64,000 nucleotides of DNA from Camelus ferus (lineage: Eukaryota): positions 85,748,001 to 85,812,000 of the forward strand of contig NC_045697.1 of the NCBI RefSeq assembly GCF_009834535.1, read 5' to 3'. Position numbers and translations under genes: made by a program. Positions 1 through 13,328 of this stretch are shown here, piece by piece (position 1 is the stretch's first letter; each line of letters begins with the position of its first letter). The notes under the pieces were generated by a model, which worked only from the letters and a program-made list of their open reading frames with translations, did not search any database and had not been told where the DNA came from.

Positions 1-185
1 GATTCATCAGATGAAGCCAAGCTCATCTTCCCTCTCAAAGGGGGAACTCAAATTCACATGAGTCACTGTTTCCACCCTGGATGAACACTCAATTCTTGTT
101 TTTAGTTCAGTCACAGTACTACATAGATAGCCTGGACCTATGGACAAAATTGTAAAGTTGGCAATCACCACCCACCATGTATTGT
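1..185 (-). pseudogene. Exon relic, ZP-N second half (module c)
   Basis: Acceptor ttctcctttccttcccag| at 186. Phase-1 frame reads (D)NTWWVVIANFTILSIGPGYLCSTVTELKTRIECSSRVETVTHVNLSSPFEREDELGFI**. Resembles UMOD DNRDWVSV...CGTVMTRNETHATYSNTL (recalled). Truncated by the window edge. Confidence 0.65.
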
Positions 186-1039
186 CTGGGAAGGAAAGGA
201 GAAACGAGATAGAGCAAAAGCATATACAGAACATATGCTCTATAAATACTTGATTATGATTAATTATATATTACATTAGTATATGTATTTTTTTTTTCTT
301 TTTACAACTGTTCATGAGGTTGTAGTAAATATTTGTAACTTTCTCCGCTCCCATAGTCACTCACTGCAGTGATGTTGGGAACAGCACATTCAGGTCAGTA
401 CCACCAAGGCCAGACCCCCCCACCCTCTGTCAGACTGCTTGCGAGCAGCAAGGGCAAGTATAGACTCCACCTCACTTTCATCTTCCATATCTTGCTGAGA
501 TGCACCTGCCTTGTGAAATTGCATCCCAAATTATGGCAACTTCCAAGGAGAAAATGGAATTTCTAACTTTCAGGCTTCGGTAGAGCACAGCAGAGTTTGG
601 AATGGATATGGCGGGGCAGTTCTCCATGTCCATGACAGGACTCTTACTAGTTCACGTGTTCTTTAAGGGATCTTATCCACTCACAGGACTTCAGATGTAG
701 TCCACAAACACTTGAGACCTGATAATTCAGTACTGAAGTTTTCTTTTTGGATTTTAGAAACCTAAAGCCCTTGCATACACTGTGTAATATTGACACTGAC
801 AGCAGGATTTGAGCAGCACCCCAAATCTGAATACATTAACATTTCTGTAGCAACAGGTATAAATAATCATCCTACTGGGGTAAATAAGGAATTTTTAAAG
901 TTTAAACCAATTTTTTCAGGCTTTGCTTCCAAATGCATTTGCATGAAACATCAAAACAAAACACTTTCAAAGCTTTTGAGATTTGGAATTGTGGTTTGGT
1001 GCCGATTACTGGGGCTGATTCCCAATCTGTACTTCCAGT

Positions 1040-1915
1040 CCTGAGCTCTGTATTCTTATATACATCCTTCACATACATAAAACTACAGTGTTTTTCAAAC
1101 TAACTCAAAACCCACGCTTCCTCGTGTGTTCTCTGACTCAATGAAAGGCATCACTCTACCCATTTGTTGAAGCCAGAAACCTGTATGTCATCCAGGAAAA
1201 TCCCTCTCCCTCATCTACAAGCAGAATTCAAGTCCTGTCAGTCTTATTGCGAAAATCTCTCGCCAGCATACTCACTGCTTCCTGACTCCACCACCTCCTC
1301 TTTCAGTTCAGACCACCAACATGTTTTACCTGGATTCTTTGAAACAGTTGTCTACTTTCTAGCCTCCCACCCACACGCAGTATCCATTCTCCTGACAGTG
1401 ACATGGCAATCCTGCCATTTCCCTACTTAGAACACTTCCCCTCTCTCTCCTAGAGACTGTTTTCCTTCAGGAAAGAGTCCACTGTCTGAAAACTGTTTAC
1501 AAGATCCCTGTTTGCTGACCATTCTACCCTCACAACCTATACTCCAGGCACACGTCACTCCTTTTAGAAATTTGAGTTCGTCTTGCTTTCCATCACATCG
1601 GATCTCTTTCTCCCAGAACAAGCCTTTTGATTTTGTCAAGCTAACTCCTACTCAGCTGTCGGGTCCCCACTTAGATGTCACTCCCACTGAGCAGACGTCC
1701 CTGACTCCCACAGCCCGGTTATATGCCTGTCTGGGTGTTTTAAGCAATGTACACGTCCCTTTCCTTCCCAGTTGCTAAGCTATATTCATATTGATCTGTA
1801 CCCACCTTCACCCCCACCTCGGGTTGTACTTTATGGGAGAGCAATGACCATATCTTCCCTACGTGACCAAGGCTTGCCAGGTACAGAAAATATTTGGATA
1901 TGGGTTAAAATAATA
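1040..1915 (+). mobile_element. LINE-2 3' fragment
   Basis: L2-type motifs: aatgaaaggcatcactctacccat...aagccagaaacctg, aagtcctgtcagtc, and 3' end ggcttgccaggtacagaaaatatttg. Confidence 0.7.
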
Positions 1916-2986
1916 AATGATTCTCTCTCCTTTCTCATTCTTTTCTACCTAACTCAAAACTCCTTTGTCTTTTAAAGAAAAGAAAAAAGTAATGTATCCA
2001 AGAGACTTGAATTTAATCTCAAGAAAAGCAGAAATAGAACATTACAACAAAATATGAGACAGACAAATCAGTTGCCAAAGCAGTCGTTTCCTCCTCCCTC
2101 TGAGACACATGAGCACATAGATGAAGGCCGACATAAAAGCTGTCATGAGAGGAACACAGGAAAAAACAAAAAACAACTGAGAGAAGCAATGGCAGAAAAC
2201 ACGTTCTGAATCTAAAAATAGCAGGTGGTATAGGAAGACAGAGGAAAGGAGGCTGCAGGGAGAAATACCGCTTTTTAAATATCACTTGTTACACCAGGGT
2301 CTTTGAACAAACAGAAGGAGCCAGGGGCTCAGAGAAGGTGCTTAGAGGCAGAGAAACAGCAGGAAGGCAGCAGCCTGGCCACAAGCAACTCCTTTTCGAG
2401 TCTGTCTGAAGAGCTAGGAAAAAAAATATTTATACTTGGGTGGTTAAAAAAAAAAAAAAAAGAAAAGAAAATGTCCAAAAGCATCTATATGTTTCATATC
2501 TTTTGGAGCTGGAATTTAAGAGAAAAAAATAAAGTTTTTAAAGAAATTACTCACCCTATTTGAAAAAAATCTGCAAGTTAATATAGCAAAGCACATCCTG
2601 ATTCCACAAATGGTCTTCCTTCCACACCTCTTCCGATGATTAACAACAAGTTACAGAGGCACTGAAAGAGGCACTGGATGGTAACTTCGGCAAATGGAAA
2701 CAGTGTTTTTATTTCAGAGTGAGATATTGGATAATTTTTGTCTTGGATTTCCCTTATTTTAAAAGTTTTCAGTAAGATAATCTTTAACCAAAAAAAGGAG
2801 GTTTACTGTTTTCTACTTAACAGATTTTGTTTAATTCTGATAGTCATCAACTGATAGGTAAAAGTTGAGATTAGTTTAATAATAAACTGAATTAAAATTA
2901 AAAATGGAGATCTATTGGAAAGACATTTTATTCCTGCCACTTAGAAATCAATCATCATGATCTTAAATTAACAGGCAGCTACTTAC

Positions 2987-3167
2987 CTCTGCGTAGAAAG
3001 GTGGTACCAGCTGAGCCTGGCAGACATCACCCCCTGCCATAGCTATCCACATTAGTAGATGATATCCATGCAGGCAAGACCTGTCCTATTTCCTGGGATG
3101 GAGAGACTGGGCAATGGAGAAAACTGATCATTTCTGTTCTTCAACCCATAGGACAAGAGAGATCTTG
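2987..3167 (-). pseudogene. Exon relic (181 nt), probable ZP-N first half (module c)
   Basis: Strong acceptor ttctgttctctctcttag| and donor GAG|gtaagt. Frame 0 reads QDLSCPMG*RTEM...GRG*CLPGSAGTTFLRR and ends in phase 1, matching the 1-185 exon. An alternate frame contains IAMAGGDVCQAQ. No frame is fully open. Confidence 0.65.
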
Positions 3168-4004
3168 CTAAGAGAGAGAACAGAAGCAAACAGACTTTCT
3201 AAGGAAATTTATCAAATTTGGGATAACCAAGGGCTGCTTTGGAGACTAAAAAACCAAGTGTAATATGGACTTGAGTGTGGGACGGGAGCTCTTCTCTCTT
3301 CTGCTCTGAGAGGAGCTCCTTGGTGGAGGAGCACAACTCAGACCCTCCTCCCCCCACCGGAGAAAGACCAGGAGGGGACACAGAGTTGGCCTCAGGGCTG
3401 CGACGGAGGCCTAAGCAGCAGATAGGGACTAATAAACTGAGAAAATTCAAAATTCTGTACTGTTAATGTGGCCTTATTTACACACCTTGTTTGAGGAAGC
3501 CTGGGGACATTCTGGCTGTGTAAAGATAAAGTACTTAAAATAATCTCAGATCCCAAGAACTTGACATTTCTCTCTGAGAGGAATATTTAAAGAGTTTATG
3601 ATTTCCTTCAGTAAACAATAAAATACTGCCAGTTTTCCTTACAAGTTAAGGGAAGTTTGGATTTTATTTCAATTCAGAAATAGGTAGAACTAACAGAAAG
3701 AAAAAGAACAATAAAAAAAGCTATTTGGGTAAAAGAAGCATTACAGAGAATAATTCACCATCTTAACAAATGATGGTAGATGCAGTAATTGCCCAAATAA
3801 TTGATTCTTATTAGATCTGTGGAATATGAATTTAAGTGTGAAGATACCTTGTTCCTTCTAGTTTAATCATCATCAGTCCTAAATTAGAGAGTCTCTGAAT
3901 TTCGGAAACTAGCACTAATTCCCACTTACTGTAAAAGTAAAGCTCTGATGTCCAAATTTAACCACCTGCAGACATAAGTCATTTGCAGACATATGTCAGA
4001 GATA

Positions 4005-4155
4005 CCCAGGCATAGAAGTGAGAGCACTGGTTATCATTTGAATGCTGCCTGTGTGACTTTGGGCAGGGTAATTAGCTTTTGTGTGTTTATTCATCTGTAA
4101 AATACCACGATTAGATTAGAACATGTCTAAAATTCCTCCACCTTTTAAAGTCTAA
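4005..4155 (+). mobile_element. MIR SINE fragment
   Basis: ctgtgtgactttgggcagg...ttcatctgtaaaat...ttagattaga core and tail. Confidence 0.65.
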
Positions 4156-4844
4156 AGGCACAGACTCTACAGTGAGCACAAAATATTCAGTGAGGTGACA
4201 CGTTGTGCAATCTACATAACAACTTTGCTGGGAAGTCAAATAGCAGGAAAAAAAAAACCTTCAAATATAAGGGAACTTCTGAACTGTAATAAAATGCAGC
4301 CACATGCCCCCGTGAAATTTCCTGTCTGCTTTTTGCATACATGACATGGCTCACCAGATCCCTTGTGACATTTCTCAGCCCGAGGAAGGGGCACTTTTCA
4401 TTTGCTGCCTTTGCTGACCCATGAAGAAAACTCACTCCACAAACTCATCTCTTTAGAATCTGTCCTTTATATTACGAAAACTGTAGCTTCCAAGAAGGCT
4501 GTGCTGTACGTATTAAAGCTTCATAGATCAGATCAACTAATGGAGGTTCTGGATGGTTCTATGAGAGGGTGATGATCCTACCAAAAGTCCTGTTCTTTTA
4601 TGAATGTTCTGCTAAGAAATGTCCCTTTCTAAATTAATGTTAGATACATTAAAAGGATCCCCACAAAAACAAATAAGGGCTATTATTAATACAGTGTGCC
4701 AAATTTTTCTTTATAAAACAGACATTCCTCTCTCATAGGCACATAAAGAAAAAGGACTGTGGAGAATAAGTGTTCAGACATTGTACATTAGTCTTTAAAT
4801 GGCATTTGTGAGGAATCAGCTCTGAAATACTTGTCTTGAATAAC

Positions 4845-4937
4845 CTAGCAGAAGAAGCACTGACAGTAATTACTTCATCCTGACATGATTTGGGGAAGTT
4901 TTTCTGACAATTCTTGACCAGATAACTAGAATCCTTC
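4845..4937 (-). pseudogene. Possible exon relic (KDSSYLVKNCQKNFPKSCQDEVITVSASSAR)
   Basis: Acceptor ggttttcctag|; open Cys-containing frame (inside ORF 4733..5011); weak donor gttatt. Confidence 0.3.
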
Positions 4938-5464
4938 CTAGGAAAACCACTAAGTGTTCTGCCTAGAGTCTGAGCTAGAGCTGCCCAGGACTTAGGTAAG
5001 TGGCATGACATAGATTTTCTGAAGAGAATTTAAAAGAGTAAGATTCTATTTCTTTAGAAGTAAAAATCAGATAATAAAAAACCTTTTTAAAAAAAAGCAT
5101 CTTAAGAGGGGATATTTAGCAAATTTCCTGTAAAAATATTTCATATGTCACTTACAAACTCTATGTTCTGCTAACTTTAATTACATTAAGGTTTTCCTTC
5201 AAGGTCACATTTTCTGTTTTCCCTTAAACAGGGGCATGGCTGAATCCCAGACATTAAAATTCAAAGGATGCACACAAAGATAGTGCTTTGGTCTAATTAA
5301 AGAAACTTTACTATGTTATATAGCTTCTGGTCTTAAGGAGCCCATAATTAAAAGGGCTGTTTTTCTCTTCCACAATAATATAAAACTTTCCATTTTTCTA
5401 TTACTTGTCTCGTGCCTTTCTCCTTTACCAGGTTCTACGTGCAAAATCTCACACCATTTGAAAA

Positions 5465-5590
5465 ACTTGCAGCACGTCACTTTAACCTTAGTTTCCTTAA
5501 CCGTGAAATGGGGATTATAATAGTATCAAGTCCATAAGGTTTGTTGTGAGGATTAAATAGGATAATTACAACAAATTGTTTAGCATTACT
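5465..5590 (+). mobile_element. MIR SINE fragment
   Basis: tcactttaacct..agtttcct..tgaaatggggattataatagta...gttgtgaggattaaat MIR core. Confidence 0.75.
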
Positions 5591-8220
5591 TGACTTCACA
5601 TGAGGATGTTACTATGAGAAAACAAACCAAAAAGTTCCACATTCAAATCCCAGAAAATAAATAGAAATATCCCCAAAACTGAAGGGACAAGGAAGGACAC
5701 TGATACTGATATTTGTCAAATATATGTCAGGCAAGTTATACACATATCTCCCTTAGTCCTTACATCTTATGAGGTAAATTAATTTTTTCCAGCTTTAATA
5801 AGACATAATTGACATATAACATTAAGTTTAAGGTATATAACATGATGATTTGATATACTTATATATCATGAAATGGTTACCACAATAAGGTGAGTTAACA
5901 CTCCATCACCTCACTTATTATTTGTGTGTATGTGTGTGTGTGTTTGTGTGCTGAGAACATTTAATATCTACTCTTAGCAATTTTCAAGTATTTAATACAT
6001 TACTATTAACTAGAGTCATCATGCTGTACGTTAGATCCATGGAATTCATTTATTTACAACTGGAAGTTAGTGCCCTTTGAACAACATCTCCCAATTTCTT
6101 CCACCCCTGGCAATCACCATTCTATTCTCTATTTCTATGAATTTGACTTTTTAAAAATTCCACATATAAGTGAGACCATATAACATTTATCTTTCTCTGT
6201 CTAACTTATTTCACTTTAGTATTTGTATGTATGTATGTGTATGTCTATGTGTGTGTGTATGTATATATATAGTCCTTGAGGTCCATCCATGTTGTCAAAG
6301 GGCAGGATTTCCTTCTTTTTTATATTTGAAAAATATACCAGTTTTTATGTGTGATAGATTTTTATTCATCTGTCATTGGACATGTAGATTTTTTCCATAT
6401 CTTAACTATAGTAAATAATGCTGCAGTGAACATTGAGGGTGTAGATATGTCCTCAGTGTGTTGTTTTCACTTCTTTTATGTATTTACCCAGAAGTGGAAT
6501 TGCTCAATTACATGGTGGTTCTATTTTTAATATTTTGAGGAACCTCCATACTGTTTTCCATAGTAGTTGTATGAATTTATGTTTCCACCAAACCACTAGG
6601 ATTTCCTTTTCTCGGCATCCCCACTGCTACTTTTTATCTTTTGTGTTTTTGTTAATAGCTATCCTAACAGGAGTGAGGTGCTGTCTCATTCTGGGTTTGA
6701 TTTACATTTCCCTGATGATTAGTGATGTTGAGAATCTTCTCATGTGCCTGTTGGGCATTTGTATGTGTTCTTTGGAAAAATGTCTTTTAGGTCCTCTGCG
6801 TATTATTTAATTTGATTGTTTTTTCCCTATTGAGTTTCCTATGTATTTTGGTTATTAACCCCTTATCTGATCTATGGTTTGCAAATATTTTCTTCCAGAA
6901 CGTTGGTTGCTTCTTCATTCTGTTGATTGTTTCTTTTGCCGTGAAAAAGATTCTAGTTTGATTTAGTTCCATAAACACCACCAAACTAATGTAGTATTTT
7001 GTTTATTTTGCCTTTGTTGATTGTGCTTTTGGTGTCATAGCCAAAATATTGCCAAGACCAAAGTCAAGGAGATTTTCCACTATGTTTTCTTCTAGGAGTT
7101 TTAAGATTTCAAGTCATACATTTAAGTCTTTAATCCATTTCGAGTTTATTTTTGTAAGTGATGTGAGATGGGGGGTCTGTTTTCATTCTTTTACATATGA
7201 ATATCCAGTTTTCTCAACACCACTTATTGGAAACTGTATCTTTTTGCCATTGAGTATTTTTGACTCCTTTGTCAAAAATTAGTTGGCCATACATGCATGG
7301 ATCTATTTCTAGGCTCCCTATTGTTTTCCATGGGCCTGTATATTTGTTTTTATGCCAGTGACATACTTTTTGATTACTAAAGTTTGTAGAATAGTTTGAA
7401 ATCAGGAAGCATGATAACTCTAGTTTTTATCTTCTTTTTCAATAGTACTTTGGCTATTCAGGGTCTTTTGTGGTTTCATATGAGCTTTAGGATTGTTATT
7501 TTTATTTCTATAAAAAATGAAATTGGAATTTTGATGGGGATTCTATTGAATCTGTAGATGGCTTTTGGTAGTATGTATGTTTTAACAATATTCTTTTGAT
7601 CCATGACCATAGGTTATCTTTGCATTTATTTGTGTCTTCTTCGATTTCTTTCATCAATATCTTACAGTTTTCAGTGTAGATATCTTTCACTCCTTGGTTA
7701 AGTTTATTCCTAAGTATTTTATTGTTTTTCCCCCAGCTTTACTGAGACATAATTAACACATACCATTGTGTAACTTTACATGTTTATTTGATACATTTAT
7801 ACGTTGCAAAATGATTACCACCACAGTAGTAGCTGCCACTTCCATCCCATCATGTAGATACCATTTATTTTCTGTGGTGAAAACATTCAAGATTTAATCT
7901 CTTAGCAACATTCTGGTATATGACACAGTTTTATTAACTATAATCACCATACTGTACATTGGCTTCCCAAATTTGTTAGTCTTATAAACGGAAGATTGTA
8001 CCCCTTGACCAATATCTCCCCAATTCCACCACCTCCTATCCTCTGGTAACCACCACTCTACTCTGTTTCTGTGAGTTTGTCTTTTTTAGATTCTACATAC
8101 AAGTGATGTCATACAGTACTTGTCATTTTCTAATTTACTTCATTAACATAATGCCCCCGAGGTCCATCCGAGTTGTTGCAAATGGAAAGATTTCCTTCTT
8201 ATTCATGGCTGAATAATATT

Positions 8221-8222
<2 letters not shown>

Positions 8223-8260
<38 letters not shown>
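8223..8260. repeat. (TG)19 microsatellite within L1 3'UTR
   Basis: Read directly from the sequence. Confidence 0.95.
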
Positions 8261-8263
<3 letters not shown>

Positions 8264-10291
8264 CACGTCTTTATCCACTCATCTTTTGAAGGACACTTAG
8301 GTTGTTTCCATGAGTTTGCTGTTGTGATTACCACTGCAATGAACGTGAGAGTGCAGATATTACTACAAGATACTGATTTCAGTTTCTTTGGATATATACG
8401 CAAAAGTTGATTGCTGGATCATATGGTATCTCTATTTTTAATTTTTTTTAGGACATCCCTACTGTTTTCCATAGTGGTTGTACCAATTTAGATTCCTACA
8501 AACAGTGCATTAGGGTTCCCTTTTCTGTATCCCCTCACCAACATTTGTTAGCTCCTGTCTTTTTTTAATGAAAACCATTCTAACTGGTATTAGGTGATAC
8601 CTCATGTTTTTCACTTGTATTTCCCTAGTGATTAGTGATATTGAGCACCTATACATGTACCTGTTGGCCATTTGCATGGCCATATTCTTGGAAAACTGTC
8701 TATTCAGTTCCTTTACCTATTTTTTAACTGGGTGGTTATCTTTTTTCACTATTGAATTGTGAGTTCTTTATATATTTTGGCTGTTAACCCTTTATCATCT
8801 ATAATTTACAGATATTTTCTTCCATTCTAAAGGTTGCCTTTTCACTTTATTGGTTGTTTATTTTATATACAGAAGCTTTTTTAGTTTAATGTAGTCCTAC
8901 TTGTTGATTTTTGCTTTTGTCACTTGTGCTTTTGCTGTCATATTCAGTGAATCACTGGCAAGACTAATGTCAAGGAGGTTACTCCATTTTCTTCTAGGAC
9001 TTTTACTGTTTCAGAACTTAAATTTAAGTCTTTAATTCATTTTGAGCTTACTTTTCTGAGTGGTTGTCAGTTTCAAGATAGGGGGTCAATTTCATTCTTC
9101 ATGTGGCTGTCCAGTTTTCCCAACACCATTTATTAAAGAGACATTTCTCCATTGAGTATCTCCCTGGCTCCCTTGTCCAATATTAGTTGACTGAGTATGT
9201 GGGGGGTTATTTATGGGCTCTCAGTCCTGTTCCTTTCATCTATGTGTTTATTTTTATGCCAGTATGCTTTGACTACAGTAGCTTTGTAGTTCAGTTTGAA
9301 ATCAGGAAGTGTGAAGCCTTCAGCTGTGTTTTCATCTTAGGATTTCTTTGGCTACTGGGGCCTTTTATGGCTCCATACAAATTTTAGAATTGTTTTTTCT
9401 ATTTCTGTGAAAAACGCCATTGGAATTGCATTGAATCCAGAGATGGCTTCAGGTAGTGCGGACATTTTAACAATATTAATTCCTCCAATCCGTGAACACA
9501 AGATAACTTTCCATTTGTTTGTGTTTCCAATTTGTTCCATCAAAGTCTTGTAGTTTTCAATTCAAAGATCGTTCACCTTGGTTAGATTTATTCCTAAGTA
9601 TTTTACTGTTTTTGATGCTATTGTGATTGAGATTATTTTCTTTCTTTTTCACTTATTTTATTCTTGGTTGAATATACTATTGTTAGTATGTTTAAGTGTT
9701 TTTCTATATATTGACTTTATATCTTGCAACTCTACTGAATTTTTAAATTAGATCTAGCAGTGTTTTGTGGAGTCTTTGGGATTTTCTATGTATAAGATTG
9801 TATCATCTAAAAAAATTATTTTACTTCTTCCTTTCCTGTTTGGAAGCCTTTTATTTTTATTTTTTCCCCCTGATTTCCCTGGTTAGGATTTCCAATACTG
9901 TGTTGAATAGGAGTGGTGAGAGTGGGCACCCTTTTATTGTTCCTGATATTAGAGCAGAAGATTTTAACATTTCACCATTGAGTATGATGGTAGGCTATGA
10001 GTTTGTCATATATAGCTTTTATTTTGTTGAGGTATATTCTTCCTACCCATTCTGAGTGATTATATCATGAAAGGATTTTTGTACTTTGTGAAATGCTTTT
10101 CTGCATCTGTTGAGATGACCAAATAATTTTTATCCTTCATTTTGTTAATGTGGTTTATAACATTGCTCTTGTGGATGTTAAACCATCCTTGTATCCTAGG
10201 AATAAAATCCACCTTATTATAGTGAATGATTCTTATAATGTGCTGTTAAATTTGGTTTGTTAAGATTTTATTGAGAATTTTTGCACCTGTA

Positions 10292-10511
10292 CAGTTGACC
10301 CTTGAACCCATGTAGGTGTTAGGGGCACTAATCCCCTGTAAAGTTGAAAATCTCTGTATAACTTTATGGTTGGTCCTCTGTATCTGTAATTCCATATCTG
10401 TGGTTTCAACTAATCAAAGATTGTGTAGTACTGTAGTACATTTATTTTGAAAAAAGCCTATGTGTAAGTGGACCCACACAGTTCAAATCCATATTGTTCA
10501 AAGTTCAGCTG
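10292..10511 (-). mobile_element. MER8/Tigger2-derived MITE (TcMar-Tigger)
   Basis: TIRs cagttgacccttgaac / gttcaaagttcagctg with TA target duplication at 10290-91 and 10512-13; L1 ORF2 is restored on removal. Confidence 0.85.
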
Positions 10512-11920
10512 TATTCATCAGGTATATTGGTCTGTAACTTTCTTTTCATGTAATATTCCCCATCTGGCTTTGGTCCAGGTAATGCTGGCCTCATAAAATG
10601 AGTTTGGGAGTATTCCTTTCTCTTCAGTTTTTTGAAGGAGTAGATGAAGGATTGGCATTAATTCTTTAAATGTTTGGTAGAATTCACCAGTGAAACAATC
10701 TGGTCCTGGGTTTTTCTGTTTGGGGAGGCTTTTTAAAATAACTGATTCAACCTCCTTACCTAATATTGGTCTGTTCAGATTTTCTGTTTCTATGATTCAG
10801 TTTTGGTAAGTTGTATATATCTAGAAGTTTATCCATTTCTTCTAGGTTATTCAGTTTATTGGTGTATAATTGTTAATAGTAGTCTGTCATGATTCTTTGT
10901 ATTTCTCTGGTATTAGTTGAATTCTCTTTTTTATTTCTAATTTTATTTATTTGAGATCTCTGTTTTACTGAGTTAGTCTAGCTAACATTTGTTAATTTTG
11001 TTTACCTTTTAAAAAAAAACTTAGTTTCGTTGATCTTTTCAATTGTTCTTCTGGTCTCTATTTTATTTATTTCTGCTTTGATCTTTTTTATTTCCTTCCA
11101 TGTACTAACTTTGGACTTAGTTTGTCTGTTTCTAGTTCTTTGAGGTGTAAAGTGATGTTGTTTATTTGAGATCTTTCTTATTTCTTAAAGTAGGCATTTA
11201 TTACTATAAACTTTCTTGCAGAACTGCTTTACAGCATCCCATAGCTTTTGATATGTGATTCTATTTCCCTTTATTTTAAAATATTTCTTGATTTCCCTTT
11301 TGATTTTTTTCTTTGACCCATTGGTTATTTAGTAGCATATTGTTTAATCTCCACATATTTATGAATTGTCTAGCTTTCCTCCTGTTGTTGATGTCTAATT
11401 TCATACCACTGTTATCAGAAAAGATATTTGGCATGATTTTAATCTTCTTAAATTTGCCAAGACTTGTTTTGGCACATATCACGTGACTTATCCGGCAAAA
11501 TGTTCTGCGTGTGCTGAAGAATGTGTATTCTGCTGCTACTGGATTAAATGTTCTGTATGTATCTGTTAGGTATTTAGTCTAAAGTATAGTTCGGGTCCTA
11601 CTTGCTGATTGTCTGGATGATCCATCTGTTGTTGGAAGTGGGATACTGAAGTCCGTTACTATTATTGTTGTTTATTTCTCCTTCAGAGCTGTTAATATTT
11701 GCTTAATATATTAAGCATTCTAATATTGGGGCATGTATACTTATGAGTGCCATATCTTGATGAATTGACAGCTTTATCATTATATAATGACTGTCTTTGT
11801 CTCTTGTTAATATTTTTGGCTTAAATTTTTTTGACTTCAAATTTCTGCTGTTAGTATAGCTACCCTTGCTCACTTTTGGTTTCTACACACATGGAATATT
11901 TTTTTTGCTATTCCTTCACT

Positions 11921-13328
11921 TTTTTTAATTATTGAAGTACAATTGATTTACATTAGTTTCATGTGTAGAATATAATGATTCAATATTTTTATAAATTGTG
12001 CTCCATTTGAAGTTATTATTAAAATATTGGCTATATTCTCTGTGCCATAAAATATATTTTTGTAGCGTATTTATTTTATACACAGTTTGTTCCCCTTAAT
12101 TTCCAGCCCCCATCTTGTCCCTCCCCCTTCCCTATCCCTGCTGCTAACCACTAGTTTATTCTCTATATTGTGAATCAATTTCTGCTTTGTTGTACTTATT
12201 CATCTGTTTTATTTTTTAGATTCCACATATAAGGGATAGCATACAGTATTTGTCTTTCTCTGTCTGACTTATTTCACTAGCATAATACCCTCAAGGTCCA
12301 TCTATGTTGTTGCAAATGACAAAATTTCATTCTTTTTAAGGGTTGAGCTTTATATACATATATATATATATATATAATTTTTTTTTTATCCATTCATCTG
12401 TTGTTGGACACTTACCTTGCTTTCATATCTTGACTGTTGAAAATATAATGCTGCTATGAACACTGAGGTGCATGAATCTGTTCAAATTAGTGTTTTCATT
12501 TGGAGTGGAAATGCTGGATCTATGGTAGTTCCATTTTTAGGTTTTTTTTGAAGTATTTCTATACTGTTTTCCATAGTAGCTGCACCAGTTTACATTCCCG
12601 CAAACAGTATGCTAGGGTTCCCTTTTCTCTGCATCCTCACCAACATTTGTTATTTGTGGACTTTTTTGATGACAGGCATTCTCACATATTTGAGGTGATA
12701 TCTCTTTGTGGTTTTGATTTGCATTTCTTTGATGATTAGTAACATCGAGCATTTTTTCATGTGCCTGTTGGCCATCTATATGTCTTTTTTAGAAAAACGT
12801 CTATCCAGGTCTTCAGCCCATTTTTTAATTGGATAGTATGTTTTTTTGATATTGAGTCATTTGAACAATAGTGATCCACAATTTTTAAAGGTTATACTCT
12901 ATTTAGTTATAAAAATTAGCTATATTCCCTGTGTTGTACAAGATAGTCTTATAGCTCATTTTATATATAATAATTTGTACCTCTTAATCCCCAACCCCTA
13001 TTTTGCCCCTCCCCCTCCCCTCTCCCAACTAGTTTGTTCTCTATATCTGTGAATCAGCTTCTTGTTATATTCACTAGTTTCTTGTATTTTTAAAATTCCA
13101 CATATAAGTGATATCATATAGTATGAGCTGTTTATATAATTTGGATATTAACCCCTTATCAGTCATATCATTTGCAAATATTTTCTCTTATTCAGTAGCT
13201 TTCCTTTGCTGTGCAAAAGCTTTTAAGTTTAATTAGGTTTCATTTGTTTATTTTTCTTTTATTTCCTTTGCATTAGGAGACAGATCAAAAATATTGCTAC
13301 AATTTATATAAAACAGTATTATGCCTAT
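11921..13328 (-). mobile_element. 5'-truncated L1 (element C) nested in B, itself interrupted by an L1 3'UTR piece at ~12860-13120
   Basis: Poly-T then attgaagtacaattgatttac 3' end; 3'UTR plus ORF2 tail; B resumes after 13328. Confidence 0.8.

Noticed and set aside
1..3167. PKHD1/TIG or Ig-like domain assignment
   Set aside because: Only vague similarity; the ZP-N pattern and the ZP context upstream fit better.
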